A stretch of 64,000 nt of DNA. Source: Spirochaetia bacterium (lineage in GTDB: Bacteria; Spirochaetota; Spirochaetia; SZUA-6; Bin103). The translations under genes were made by a program, and so were the position numbers. Below are positions 39,371 through 48,697 of the stretch, piece by piece. The notes under the pieces are model-generated. The model was not told the origin of the DNA and made no database searches. It saw only the letters and a program-made list of their open reading frames with translations. Within the stretch, counting starts at the first letter, position 1, and each line of letters begins with the position of its first letter. The stretch lies in contig OZ251573.1 of assembly GCA_965243545.1 (NCBI GenBank), forward strand, positions 596,217-660,216. The letters run 5' to 3'.

Positions 39371-40369
39371 GTGACGACCACGGTCGTCGGCAGCTATCCC
39401 GTGCCCGAGTGGCTCAAGCGGAGCTCGGACCCGGAGGCGCTGGAAGACGCGCTGACGGTGGTGATCGACGCCCAGCGGCGCGCCGGCATCGAGCTGATCG
39501 GCGACGGCGAGCTCGGCCGCTGGGACCTGGAGCGGCGCGCGCCGGGCGGGATGGTGGAGCGGTTCGTCCGTCCCCTCGACGGGGTGAGCGCGGCGCTCAC
39601 CCGTAGCCAGCTCGACGCCTACCGCGCGCGCGCCGACATGGAGTTCCGCTCGGCGCCGCCCGGCGTGGTGGTGGGGCCGCTCGGCGACGGGCGCCTCAAC
39701 CTCAAAGCGGACTGGGACCGGGCGCGCGCCCGCACCGGCGCGCCGCTCAAGTTCACGGTGTCCAGCCCCTATCTCATCGCCAAGACCGTGGCCGACGCCC
39801 ATTACGGCGACTTGGAGTCGCTGGCCGCGGCGTTCGCCGATCTGCTGGCCGGGCAGCTGGCCGGCATCGGCGCCGCGGTGGTGCAGGTCGACGAGCCGAA
39901 CCTGCCGGGCTCACCCGGTGACGGCGCGCTGGCCGCCGCCGCCATCAACCGGCTGCTCGACGGGGTCGAGCGCGGAACGGAGCGGGCCGTGCACCTCTGC
40001 TTCGGCAACTACGGCGGCCAGCGGCTGCAGTACGGTGACTACGGGCGGCTGATCGACTTCATGAACGCGCTCCGTTGCGATCACTTGGTGCTGGAGACCA
40101 CCCGCCGCGCGCCGGCGGAGATCGACCGCCTGCGCGGCGTGCGCGCCGGCCTCCGCCTGGGGCTCGGCGTGATCGACGTCAAGGACCTGCAGGTGGAGAC
40201 GCCGGACCGGGTGGCGCGGCGCATCGAGGCGCTGGCGCGCGCCGTCGGCGCCGAAAGGATAGCCTACGTCCATCCCGATTGCGGCCTGCGGGTGCTGCCG
40301 CGCCCCGTGGCCGACGGCAAGCTGCGGGCGCTCACCGCCGGCCGCGACCGCTACCTGGGCAGAATCTGA
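39371..40369 (+). CDS. Cobalamin-independent methionine synthase (MetE) catalytic-domain-like protein
   Basis: TTVVGSYPVPEWL..ELIGDGE..HLCFGNYGG..YVHPDCGL. GTG start 4 nt after the PmoA-family stop. Confidence 0.7.
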   Translation: MTTTVVGSYPVPEWLKRSSDPEALEDALTVVIDAQRRAGIELIGDGELGRWDLERRAPGGMVERFVRPLDGVSAALTRSQLDAYRARADMEFRSAPPGVVVGPLGDGRLNLKADWDRARARTGAPLKFTVSSPYLIAKTVADAHYGDLESLAAAFADLLAGQLAGIGAAVVQVDEPNLPGSPGDGALAAAAINRLLDGVERGTERAVHLCFGNYGGQRLQYGDYGRLIDFMNALRCDHLVLETTRRAPAEIDRLRGVRAGLRLGLGVIDVKDLQVETPDRVARRIEALARAVGAERIAYVHPDCGLRVLPRPVADGKLRALTAGRDRYLGRI

Positions 40370-40371
40370 CC

Positions 40372-41427
40372 ATGGCCGGCACGGTCGCCAAGCCCCACGA
40401 TCACCTGTTCCGCTCCGTGTTCCGGAACGAGTCCGAGGCGGCCGCCCTGCTGCGCGCCAACCTGCCGCAGATGATCACCGACGCCGTGATCTGGTCCACC
40501 CTGAGGCGGCGCGACCGCAGTTTCATCGACGACCGGTTGCGCGACAGCGAATCGGACCTGCTGTTCGAGGTGCGGCGCAAGCCCGACCGCGCGCCGGCAT
40601 GGCTGTACGTCCTGCTGGAGCACCAGTCGACGCCCGACTTCTGGTTGCGGCTGAGGGTCCTGAAGTACAGTATCAGAATCTGGGAGGAGGAGCGCGAACA
40701 GCGCCCTGCGGAGGAGTACTTGCGCCCGATCGTCCCGCTGGTGCTGTATCAAGGGACGCGCGGCCGCTGGACACCGGCGTGCGAGTTCGCGGAACTGTTT
40801 GCTCCCGACGTGCGCGACTGGCCGGCGGTGCCCCGCTACGCGCATCTGCTGATCGACCAGACGCAGGCGCGGCCGGAGGACCTGCGCGGCGAGGTGCGCG
40901 GCCGTAGCGCGCAGCTGGCGCTGATGGCGGCGGCCCGGGAGAGCTGGGAGCTGCTGAGGCCGTTGGTGCCGCTGCTGGCAGAGATGATGCGGCAGGGCGG
41001 GGGCATCGGCGAGTTGCGCCGGTTCGTGGTGTACGTGGCGGCGACGACGAGGAGGGACCCGGAGCGCTGGAACCGATTCGCGGAAGCGGTACGGCGCGAC
41101 GTGCCGGGAGGAGAAGAACTGATGACCGATACGCGCGAAATGCTTGAAGCCTACGGCGAAGTGGTAGAGGAAGAGGCCCTTCAGAAGGGTCTCCGGCAGG
41201 GGCGCCAGGAAGGCCGCCAGGAGGGGCGCCAAGAAGGCCACCAGGAGGGCCGCCAGGAGGGCCGCCAGGAAGGCCGCCAGGAAGGCGTACTGCGCACCAT
41301 CGAGGGACTTGTGGGCCGAAACGTCCCGTGGTCAACGATAGAAGCCGCCACCGGAATCGACGAGGCAGAATTCAAGCGGCTCAGGCAGCAACCGGACTCC
41401 GCCGTTGGCGGGGCGGCCCGGCAGTAG
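40372..41427 (+). CDS. Rpn/YhgA-like PD-(D/E)XK recombination-promoting nuclease/putative transposase with a C-terminal (R/H)QEG repeat
   Basis: AKPHDHLFRSVF..DLLFEV..LLEHQS, then GRQEGRQEGRQEGHQEGRQEGRQEGRQEG. Confidence 0.7.
   Translation: MAGTVAKPHDHLFRSVFRNESEAAALLRANLPQMITDAVIWSTLRRRDRSFIDDRLRDSESDLLFEVRRKPDRAPAWLYVLLEHQSTPDFWLRLRVLKYSIRIWEEEREQRPAEEYLRPIVPLVLYQGTRGRWTPACEFAELFAPDVRDWPAVPRYAHLLIDQTQARPEDLRGEVRGRSAQLALMAAARESWELLRPLVPLLAEMMRQGGGIGELRRFVVYVAATTRRDPERWNRFAEAVRRDVPGGEELMTDTREMLEAYGEVVEEEALQKGLRQGRQEGRQEGRQEGHQEGRQEGRQEGRQEGVLRTIEGLVGRNVPWSTIEAATGIDEAEFKRLRQQPDSAVGGAARQ
41196..41286 (+). repeat. 12-bp tandem repeat (CGCCAGGAAGGC-like, about 7-8 units) encoding the RQEG repeats
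   Basis: Read directly. Confidence 0.8.
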
Positions 41428-41481
41428 TGGGCGTCGCGGTCAGTGGAGCGTTCGCACTCCGAGACCGGGCAACGATAGCGT

Positions 41482-41504
41482 CCGATAATAGCCATTGTCA
41501 GAGG
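41482..41504. repeat. Left 23-bp inverted repeat flanking the tyrosine recombinase gene (CCGATAATAGCCATTGTCAGAGG)
   Basis: Matches the reverse complement of 42801..42823 at 20/23 positions. Contains the internal dyad ATAGCC-N9-GGCTAT. Confidence 0.65.
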
Positions 41505-41733
41505 CTATGCTACGGCTGAGCCGGCTTCGCGCCGTTCCGCCCGGTACCCGTCCGCCGATCACGGCCGGTACTCAAGCATGGCGCGCGCAAGGGTGTCAAC
41601 CCCTGATCCAACCCGTTCCGTCCCGGGCTTCGGCTTGAGCCGATTCGCGCACGATAGGTCCGCGCGGTCGTCGTAACATTCTTGTGGTAAAGTAGTTGCA
41701 TATCTGACCGGCGCTTGGCCCGGCATACTACCC

Positions 41734-42792
41734 CTACTCGACCGTCGGGCCGCCGTCGCGGGCCATCCCGTACCTGAGCCGCGCCACCGGGCCGCGCGTG
41801 GCCTCCAGACGCCGCGCGTAGTGGGCCGGCATCCGAGACGATCTCCAATCGGCAGCCAGCTGCATATCGACCAGCCCCGCCCCGGCCGCCGCCAGGGACT
41901 GCGCCGACCCCACCCGTAACGAGTGACCGGACACCCGGCCGCCGATGCCGGCAGCGGCGGCGCGCCGCGTGATGATGTCCCGGATCGACCGCGCGCTGAG
42001 CCGTTCGCCAATGGCGCCGCCCCTGTTGATGCGCCGGAACAGCGCGCCGTCGGCCGGCGCCTCCGCCACCAGCAGCCGGTAACGCCGGAGGGCCGCGATT
42101 GTCGGGGGGCCAAGGTAGCGCTCGTGGCCTCGTCCCTCCTGGTCGGTCTTGGACCGGCGGACGGTCAAGATGCCATCGCCGCGCGGATTCTCAATCACGT
42201 CGGCGAAGTCGAGCGCCGCAAGCTCGGACACCCGCAGCATGGCATCGCTTCCCACCCGGATCAACGCGCCGTCGCGCAGTCCGGCTGGCGAGCCGCCGCT
42301 CTCAGCGAGCTGCGCCGCCCGATCGGCGTCTTCCCAGCCCACCCCGTCAACCTGCCCTCGGGTGCGGGGGTTCGTTCTGACGATGCACCGCATGAGTTGG
42401 CGGACGGCTTCGTGGGCCGTGGGGTCGCCGGCGCCCGCGGCGCGGTGGCCTGCTGCGATACTGGCGCGGTCCACTTGCACGGTGGCCGGCGACAAGCCGG
42501 CCATCGCCCGTTCTTTCAGATAGGCGGCCACGGCGTCCGGATGCGCGGGCAAGACGTGGGCGCCGCGATAGGCGGCCCATCCCTGCCACCGCTCCCATCC
42601 TGCGTCGTAGGCGCGGCGCGTGTTGGGGGCGTGAGCGTTACGTTCGATGTCGGCGTTGGTGGCGATGCCGGCCAACGGCGATTCAAGGTCGTCGATGTTC
42701 GTGTCGTGGTATTCCATGACCCAAGGCTGCGCGGCCGGAGTGGCCTGTTGACCGGCGACGCCCGGTAGCTGAGCCCTCTCTTCTTCCTCCAT
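41734..42792 (-). CDS. Tyrosine-type site-specific recombinase/integrase
   Basis: R..HSLRVGSAQ..RMPAHYARR catalytic motifs (His-x-x-Arg, Tyr). Confidence 0.8.
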   Translation of the reverse strand: MEEEERAQLPGVAGQQATPAAQPWVMEYHDTNIDDLESPLAGIATNADIERNAHAPNTRRAYDAGWERWQGWAAYRGAHVLPAHPDAVAAYLKERAMAGLSPATVQVDRASIAAGHRAAGAGDPTAHEAVRQLMRCIVRTNPRTRGQVDGVGWEDADRAAQLAESGGSPAGLRDGALIRVGSDAMLRVSELAALDFADVIENPRGDGILTVRRSKTDQEGRGHERYLGPPTIAALRRYRLLVAEAPADGALFRRINRGGAIGERLSARSIRDIITRRAAAAGIGGRVSGHSLRVGSAQSLAAAGAGLVDMQLAADWRSSRMPAHYARRLEATRGPVARLRYGMARDGGPTVE

Positions 42793-42800
42793 ACGGTTTT

Positions 42801-42823
42801 CCTCTGCTAATGGCTATTGTCGG
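42801..42823. repeat. Right inverted repeat (CCTCTGCTAATGGCTATTGTCGG) immediately upstream of the recombinase start
   Basis: Read directly. Confidence 0.65.
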
Positions 42824-42928
42824 AAGATAACGTGTCGCGGTAAACGCCTCGGCACTGATAGACCGCGGCGCGCGCCAGACGAAGCGGGACCGCCGCCAAG
42901 GCCCTTCCCGGACGTTGACGTTCGCGCG

Positions 42929-43606
42929 TTGCCGGTGGTCCGACGCGCGCGCCAGAGGATCGCCCTCCGGCTGGTGGGGCGATGCACCCAGGCGTTCGCG
43001 CACCGACTCCTGCTCTGCGCGCTGGCCGTGGCCCTCACCGCCGGCGTGGCGCTGGCCGACCACGACACCGCGCCGGCGGAACCGCTACGCGTAGCCGTCG
43101 AGCCGGCCGGCCCTTCCGTCGGCCCGCCCGACGCGCCGGTCACCATCGTCGAGTTCTCCGACTTTCAGTGCCCCTTCTGCGCTGCCCTGCAGCCGGCCCT
43201 GGACCGCGTCAAGACCGAGTACGCCGGCCGCGTACGGCTGGTGTTCCGGCACTTCCCCTTGACCGGCATCCACCCCGATGCGTGGCGCGCCGCCGAGGCT
43301 GCCGCCTGCGCGGACGAGCAGGGCCGGTTCTGGGACCTGCACGCGCTGCTGTTCAGCGAGCAAGCGGCGCTGTCGGCCGGCGACCTGCGACAGAAGGCGG
43401 CGCGCCTCGGCATGGACACGGCGGCGTTCGGCGCCTGTCTGGATGACCGCCGCTACCACGACGCCGTTCACGCCGACGTGGACGCCGGCATCGAGGCCGG
43501 CGTCGAGGGCACGCCGACGCTGTTCATCAACGGCCGGCCGGTGGCCGGCGCAGTGCCGTTCGAGGAGCTGGCGGCGCTGATCGACGACGAGTTGCGAAGG
43601 CGGTGA
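42929..43606 (+). CDS. DsbA-like thiol:disulfide oxidoreductase (thioredoxin fold, CPFC active site), membrane-anchored/secreted
   Basis: N-terminal hydrophobic segment; FQCPFCAAL; C-terminal GTPTLFINGRPV. Confidence 0.8.
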   Translation: MPVVRRARQRIALRLVGRCTQAFAHRLLLCALAVALTAGVALADHDTAPAEPLRVAVEPAGPSVGPPDAPVTIVEFSDFQCPFCAALQPALDRVKTEYAGRVRLVFRHFPLTGIHPDAWRAAEAAACADEQGRFWDLHALLFSEQAALSAGDLRQKAARLGMDTAAFGACLDDRRYHDAVHADVDAGIEAGVEGTPTLFINGRPVAGAVPFEELAALIDDELRRR

Positions 43607-43977
43607 CGGTGGTGGTCCTGCCGGCCGGCGACGTACGGACCGTGACGGCGGCCGACTTCGCGCCCGCCCTGGTGGCCGCGCTACGGCCCAGGGTGACCGC
43701 AGCTCTGGAAGGCGCCCCGGTGCGCTTGCCGGGCGGCTGCAGGCTGCGCGCCGCCGACTTGGGCGCCGTGGTGCTTGCCAGCGTGACCGACGGCGCCGGC
43801 GCCGCGGTGCTGACGCTGACCCTGCATCGAACCGACCTGGACGGGCGCGATTGGTCGCACCTGCGCGCCGTCCGCCCCGACCTGCCCCGATCCATGCCGG
43901 CGCCCTGGTGCGCCGTGACCCCGCGCGCCGGCCCCGTCGCCGCCTGCCTGGCGGCCCTGTGGGCTGCGGGAGGGTAG
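43603..43977 (+). CDS. Hypothetical protein (124 aa)
   Basis: GTG start overlapping the dsbA stop (GTGA). Confidence 0.3.
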   Translation: MTVVVLPAGDVRTVTAADFAPALVAALRPRVTAALEGAPVRLPGGCRLRAADLGAVVLASVTDGAGAAVLTLTLHRTDLDGRDWSHLRAVRPDLPRSMPAPWCAVTPRAGPVAACLAALWAAGG

Positions 43978-44038
43978 CGCCATGCCGTAGCACGCCGGCC
44001 GATCAACTCGCAACACGAAACGACCCAAGGAGGGAACG

Positions 44039-44857
44039 ATGAAACGACGATTGATAGGCGTGGCCGTGGCGGCCGTGCTGCTGATCGCCGGCGCCGCGCC
44101 GGCGGTGGTAGCCAATGATGATGTGGTGTGGACATCCGTCATCTGCTGGAAATCTCACACTCAAAGCTTTGAGCGGCCTGCTTACGGTGATGATCACGCA
44201 GCGGCGCTTGCTTTCGCAGAGTCGCTGTGTGAATCGCACCACGGCGGATCGCTGACCCGGCCGGCGCGCCAAGAAGGCGATACGTCCGTCGAATGCTGGT
44301 TCAGTCACTACAACACGAGCCGCAACTTCAACACCGAAGCCGCGTGCACGGATGAAGGCGGATCGCTGACCCGCCCGGCCCCGCCGTCGTCCGTGCCGGC
44401 GTCGGTGACGTGTTGGACCGATCCAAACACGAGCACGACGGCCAACGGAACCGGAGCGAACGTGAACGATGCTTTGGCTGCGGCGCGCCAAGCGTGCCGG
44501 GATAGCGGCGGATCGACGACCAGGCCGGTCACCGCATCGGTGACCTGTTGGTGGGATCACGACCCGAGCACGATCGATCGGAACGGCACGACTGCGGCCG
44601 CTGCTACTGCTGCGGCGACGGCGGCCTGCACGGCTAGCGGCGGATCGCTGACTAGGCCGCCGCCACCTTCGGCATCGGTGACCTGCTGGACTGACCACAA
44701 CACAAGTAGCACGATTACGCGGGCATCCTACGGTAGTGCCATCGCTGCGGCGACGAAGGCTTGCACGGCTAGCGGCGGATCGACGATTAGGCCGCCGGCG
44801 CCAACGCGGCGAAAGAGCTATAGTCCCAGAGTAAGCGATTCGGGTAGGCGGGGTTGA
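44039..44857 (+). CDS. Secreted cysteine-pair tandem-repeat protein (module A x5; C-terminus truncated/altered at the IS junction)
   Basis: Start is preceded by AAGGAGGG and followed by a signal peptide. Carries five 40-aa modules: SVTCW(T/W)D.NTS...AA..AC..SGGSLTRP. Confidence 0.7.
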   Translation: MKRRLIGVAVAAVLLIAGAAPAVVANDDVVWTSVICWKSHTQSFERPAYGDDHAAALAFAESLCESHHGGSLTRPARQEGDTSVECWFSHYNTSRNFNTEAACTDEGGSLTRPAPPSSVPASVTCWTDPNTSTTANGTGANVNDALAAARQACRDSGGSTTRPVTASVTCWWDHDPSTIDRNGTTAAAATAAATAACTASGGSLTRPPPPSASVTCWTDHNTSSTITRASYGSAIAAATKACTASGGSTIRPPAPTRRKSYSPRVSDSGRRG

Positions 44858-46560
44858 AACGGGTCCTCCTAAGTGCTATAATCGGAAGTACCTAAACCCA
44901 ACCGGTCAAGCACCGAAGAGGACCCGAAATGATTCAGTCACCACCAGAATACACGGCTGACGATGCTTGTCAACCCCAATTCTCCCATCCCCGCCTTCGG
45001 GCCGAGCCGCGCGGTGGCGCCCCGCTGGTGAGCTGGTCCGGCTTGGGCATCGTGCACGGGCTCGTCGAGCGGCTTGAAGTGGCGCCGGTGATCGACTCTG
45101 CGGTGCGCGTGCTGCGGCGGCACAAATGGTATACCGAGTCGGACCACGTGCTGACGCTGGCCTACAACATGCTCAGCGGCGGGAACACCCTCAGCGACAT
45201 CAACTGGCTGCGCGCCGACGAAGGATTACGCCGGCTGTTGGGCGGCGCGCGGGTGCCGCATGCCACCACGGTCGGGGATTTTCTGGCTCGCTTCGACGGC
45301 AAGCGGGAGCAGTGCAGCGACCGGGATCAGCTGGCGGGGGAGCTGGCGCGGAGCGAGTTACGTGAGGCGGTCGAGGAGATACAGCAGCGGGCGTTCGGGT
45401 TGCTGCCGCGGTCGCGGCGGCGGGTGGCGACGCTGGACTGGGATTCGTCGATCCACGAAGTGTATGGGGAGCAGAAGGAAGGCGCGGACTTCAGCTACGA
45501 CAGGCGGTGGAGCTACAGCAGTCTGTACGGGACGGTGGCGGAGACCGGAGACGTGCTGCATCTGGGACTGCACGAAGGCAGCCGGCATACCAGCTACGGG
45601 ATCAAGGAGGTGTTGCCGAGAACGATCGAGCGGGTCCGGAAGCACTTTCGACAGGTGCGGATGCGCGCTGACAGTGGCTACTACGATCAGGAGATCGTGG
45701 ACATCTGCGCGGAGCGCGGGGTGGAGTTCTACATCGTGGCGAAGCAGCGGCAGAATCTGCTGCGGGCCGTGCACGGGCTCCCGGAGAGCGCATGGCGTCC
45801 ACTGGCGCCGATCAGGGAGCGGTCGGGCCGGCGCCGGCGGAAGCGGCGGGAGAACGTGAAGCGCAAGATCAGCCGGCAGCGCAAGCCTGACCAGTGGTAC
45901 AAGGGGACGCCGGAAGTGGCCAGGATGATGTTCCGACCGACGAGTTGGAAGAAGGGCTATCGGTACGTGATCAAGCGGACGCCGATCCACGACGCGGACG
46001 GCAAGCAAGAGTACCTCGACGGGATGAGAAAGTATGCGTACTGGATCGTGGTGACGAACTCGAAACGGAGCAACACGGCGGTGCTGAGGACCGCGCAGGG
46101 GCGGGGCAATCAGGAGAATCTGATCAAGGACCTGAAGGAGGGGCTGGGACTGTCCCATGTTCCGACCGGGTTGCTGGGAGCCAATCAAGCGTACTTCGTG
46201 ATCGCGGCGTTGGCGTGGAACCTGAAGACTTGGATGCTCAACCTGTTGGAGTTGGGAGATGGCGCGGTGCTGCGCTGCAAGCGGTTTCTGTACCTGTGGA
46301 TATGCCGGGCCGGCGTGGTTGCCAAGACTGGCCGGGACGGCGTGCTGCTCAAGCTGTCGGCCGGCGAGTACCACCAGAGGTTCAGCGCCGCGCTGGCACG
46401 ACTGGCGACGCTGTAGGGAAGTCTGGGACGGGTGTTGACGAGATGGCAGGGGTAGTCTGCCCTGATGGCGTCACCTGAAGTCCCACAGGCCGCCAAATCG
46501 CCACTGGCTTGGTCAACTCAAAGGGTTGACGCGGTTCTCACACTGCGGATGCCCAGAATG
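44858..46560 (+). mobile_element. IS1380-like (IS4 superfamily) insertion sequence, about 1.7 kb; ends approximate
   Basis: Single transposase ORF. Flanks 44816-44857 and 46566-46620 are paralogous module-coding sequences. Terminal IRs could not be confidently identified by eye. Confidence 0.55.
44929..46416 (+). CDS. IS1380-family DDE transposase
   Basis: C-terminal GRGNQENLIKDLKEGLGLSHVPTGLLGANQAYFVIAALAWNL is characteristic of IS1380-family transposases. Confidence 0.7.
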   Translation: MIQSPPEYTADDACQPQFSHPRLRAEPRGGAPLVSWSGLGIVHGLVERLEVAPVIDSAVRVLRRHKWYTESDHVLTLAYNMLSGGNTLSDINWLRADEGLRRLLGGARVPHATTVGDFLARFDGKREQCSDRDQLAGELARSELREAVEEIQQRAFGLLPRSRRRVATLDWDSSIHEVYGEQKEGADFSYDRRWSYSSLYGTVAETGDVLHLGLHEGSRHTSYGIKEVLPRTIERVRKHFRQVRMRADSGYYDQEIVDICAERGVEFYIVAKQRQNLLRAVHGLPESAWRPLAPIRERSGRRRRKRRENVKRKISRQRKPDQWYKGTPEVARMMFRPTSWKKGYRYVIKRTPIHDADGKQEYLDGMRKYAYWIVVTNSKRSNTAVLRTAQGRGNQENLIKDLKEGLGLSHVPTGLLGANQAYFVIAALAWNLKTWMLNLLELGDGAVLRCKRFLYLWICRAGVVAKTGRDGVLLKLSAGEYHQRFSAALARLATL

Positions 46561-46665
46561 TCAGCGTCGGGACGCCTATAGATCCCAAGAGTCGCCGAAA
46601 TCTCCCGACTTTCGTGATGCCTGTGGCCAATCTATCACCGAATCGCTTATTCTGCGTATAGTTTT

Positions 46666-47964
46666 GTGTGCTGGAGTAGTCATGACACCAGCAGGACGAT
46701 GGCACAGCGAGCCTATACTCGTGCCCGGGCTAGAGGTATGGTGGAGAGGGCCTGCAGGCGTAGCGGCGGATCGCTGACGCAGCCGGCCGCGCCGGCCCCG
46801 ACGCCGCCGCCTCCGCCTGCGCCTACGCCGCCGGCCCGCCAAGAACAGGCCGCGCCGGCGTCGAGTGGCGGATCGTCGAACGGCGGTTCATCGAACGGCG
46901 GTTCATCGAATGGCGGATCGTCGGACGGCGGTGGATCGTCGAACCGCGGATCATCGAACCGCGGATCGTCGACGAGCGGTACAACATCGCCTCTTCGCGA
47001 TTCATATACATCGACGGTGACTTGCCATGACGGCAGTATAACTCGTGGGTTGGGTTCGTCACGTGATGCCGCTTTGGCTGATGCTACCGCCAAATGTCCG
47101 CTTGTTGAGGCGACGGTGACTTGCCCTGATGGCAGTCAGTTTACGCGATCATCTCGCATATCGCAAGCCGACGCCAGAACGAAAGCGCGTCGGCTGTGCC
47201 CGGCGTCGGAGCCGGAAGACGATGGCGTTTCGGGTGATACGATCCAACGCCCATATAGCGCGACGGTTACGTGTTCTGACGGCACACGATCAACGGCATC
47301 GTCGAAAACGTCGCATGCTGACGCCGAAGACAAAGCGCGGCAACGGTGTTCGTCGCCTACGGCACCGGAGCCTCCAGACACTGATAGTGAATCGAGCGAA
47401 TCGAGCGGATCATCGAGCAGATCGAGTGTTCTGTTGCCCTATAGAGCGAGAATTAGGTGTGCGGACGGTAGTTGGAAGCACGGATCCTCTGCATTTTCTC
47501 GGGACGCTGCGGTGACGCTAGCGAGAGCCCAATGTCCGGTTTATACCGCTACGGTTACGTGCAGTGACGGTAGCTTACGAAGGGCTGCTTCCCGCGTATC
47601 AAATTCCGATGCTGCGTCAAGCGCGCGCGCTCAATGCCCGAGAGAGTATACTTGGTCGTTCACCTGCGAGAGCGAGCACCTTAGCCCGCGCGAGGTCACG
47701 GGGAGATCCACGGTATCGGTCGCTGACGCTGAGCGCGAAGCGCGCAGTGCCTGCGATGTCGCTATAGGTAATGTTCCGGACCCCGACCCTGACGATTCGC
47801 TGCCGAGTGACGACTCACTAGCAAAGCAGGCCCACGAAGCCCAGGAAGCCAATCAACGGAGCCGCGGTCGTGGCGGCAGCCGTGGCGGAGGTGGTGGCGG
47901 CATTCCTATGAGCGCGTTCACGGAGTGCCCTGGGGAAGTTGGGCCGGCCTGCCCCGATGACTAA
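46666..47964 (+). CDS. Cysteine-pair tandem-repeat protein (one A-type module, Ser/Gly linker, about six B-type modules, acidic C-terminal tail); no signal peptide
   Basis: CWSSHDTSRT..ACRRSGGSLTQP, then (Y.ATVTC.DGS....S..DA....AR..CP) repeated six times. GTG start; a degenerate module remnant is visible in another frame at 46540-46620. Confidence 0.6.
   Translation: MCWSSHDTSRTMAQRAYTRARARGMVERACRRSGGSLTQPAAPAPTPPPPPAPTPPARQEQAAPASSGGSSNGGSSNGGSSNGGSSDGGGSSNRGSSNRGSSTSGTTSPLRDSYTSTVTCHDGSITRGLGSSRDAALADATAKCPLVEATVTCPDGSQFTRSSRISQADARTKARRLCPASEPEDDGVSGDTIQRPYSATVTCSDGTRSTASSKTSHADAEDKARQRCSSPTAPEPPDTDSESSESSGSSSRSSVLLPYRARIRCADGSWKHGSSAFSRDAAVTLARAQCPVYTATVTCSDGSLRRAASRVSNSDAASSARAQCPREYTWSFTCESEHLSPREVTGRSTVSVADAEREARSACDVAIGNVPDPDPDDSLPSDDSLAKQAHEAQEANQRSRGRGGSRGGGGGGIPMSAFTECPGEVGPACPDD
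46866..46972 (+). repeat. 15-bp tandem repeat encoding the (GGSSN)n linker
   Basis: Read directly. Confidence 0.8.
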
Positions 47965-48399
47965 GCCGGCGGCGGCTTAGTCATCGGATTTAGCTTAGCC
48001 AGGCTGTGAGCGCAAGGAGGATGCCAATGATCGGCTTCAAGGGTATCGCCGATTGGCGGCGGTTGCCTTCTAGGCTGTCGGCGCTGCCGGTGGTCGTTTG
48101 GCTCCAGACGCGGGCCGACAAGATCATCTGCCGTGGCGATACATCAGCAACGCGGCTTCTACCGCTGACTTGACTTGACGGGCCGGTTCGGCGCCCGCCG
48201 CCAGTGGCGCTTGTGTGACTCCTTGTCGTCGCCGGCATACGGAGCGCCGGGCCGGCCTTTCTGATGGGTGGTATTGAAGCAAGAACCCCGGGGCGAGCAC
48301 CTTGGTGGCGTGTCGGTGGTGGCCGACCATGATACGTCGTCGGCGGAAGCGCTGCGCATAACGGCTTGGTCGATGCGCCGGTGACCAATCGTCGAGTTC

Positions 48400-48697
48400 C
48401 GCACCTTCGAATGTCTCTGCTGCAGAGCGCCGCGGCCGACTCGCGCTGCGCACGCGCGTCGCGAACGAGTACGCCGTCCGCGTGCTGGACCCGGACCTCG
48501 GCGCGTTCGACCGGTGCATGGAGGAGCGGCGCTGTGGCGACGCCTTACACGCCGACACCGACATCAAGGGCGCGCCGACGCTGTTCATCAACGGCCGGCC
48601 GGTGGTCGCCAGCCACTGCAACGCTTGGGACGTGTGCCCCAATCCGCGGAACCTCTGTAACCGGGCGACCATGGCCATCGCACGAACGGCGGCGTAG
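48400..48697 (+). pseudogene. 3'-fragment of a dsbA-like gene (C-terminal about 70 codons, no N-terminus or CxxC motif)
   Basis: GAPTLFINGRPVV and an identical 34-bp stretch (ACGCCGACGCTGTTCATCAACGGCCGGCCGGTGG) are shared with the intact dsbA-like gene at 43511-43545. Confidence 0.6.

Noticed and set aside
38336-39802. N-terminal 490 aa of the 1615-aa minus-strand ORF
   Set aside because: Antisense to the PmoA-family gene; the real gene starts at MEPTLPID (about 38335).
41428-41733. Looked for a tRNA/attachment site next to the integrase
   Set aside because: No cloverleaf-like segment (no GTTCGA/TTCGAATCC T-arm, no acceptor pairing) was found; only the inverted repeats are present.
44858-46560. 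Terminal inverted repeats and target-site duplication of the IS
   Set aside because: No convincing 15-25 bp terminal inverted repeat or short direct repeat could be aligned by eye. The flanking similarity is paralogous coding sequence, not a target-site duplication.
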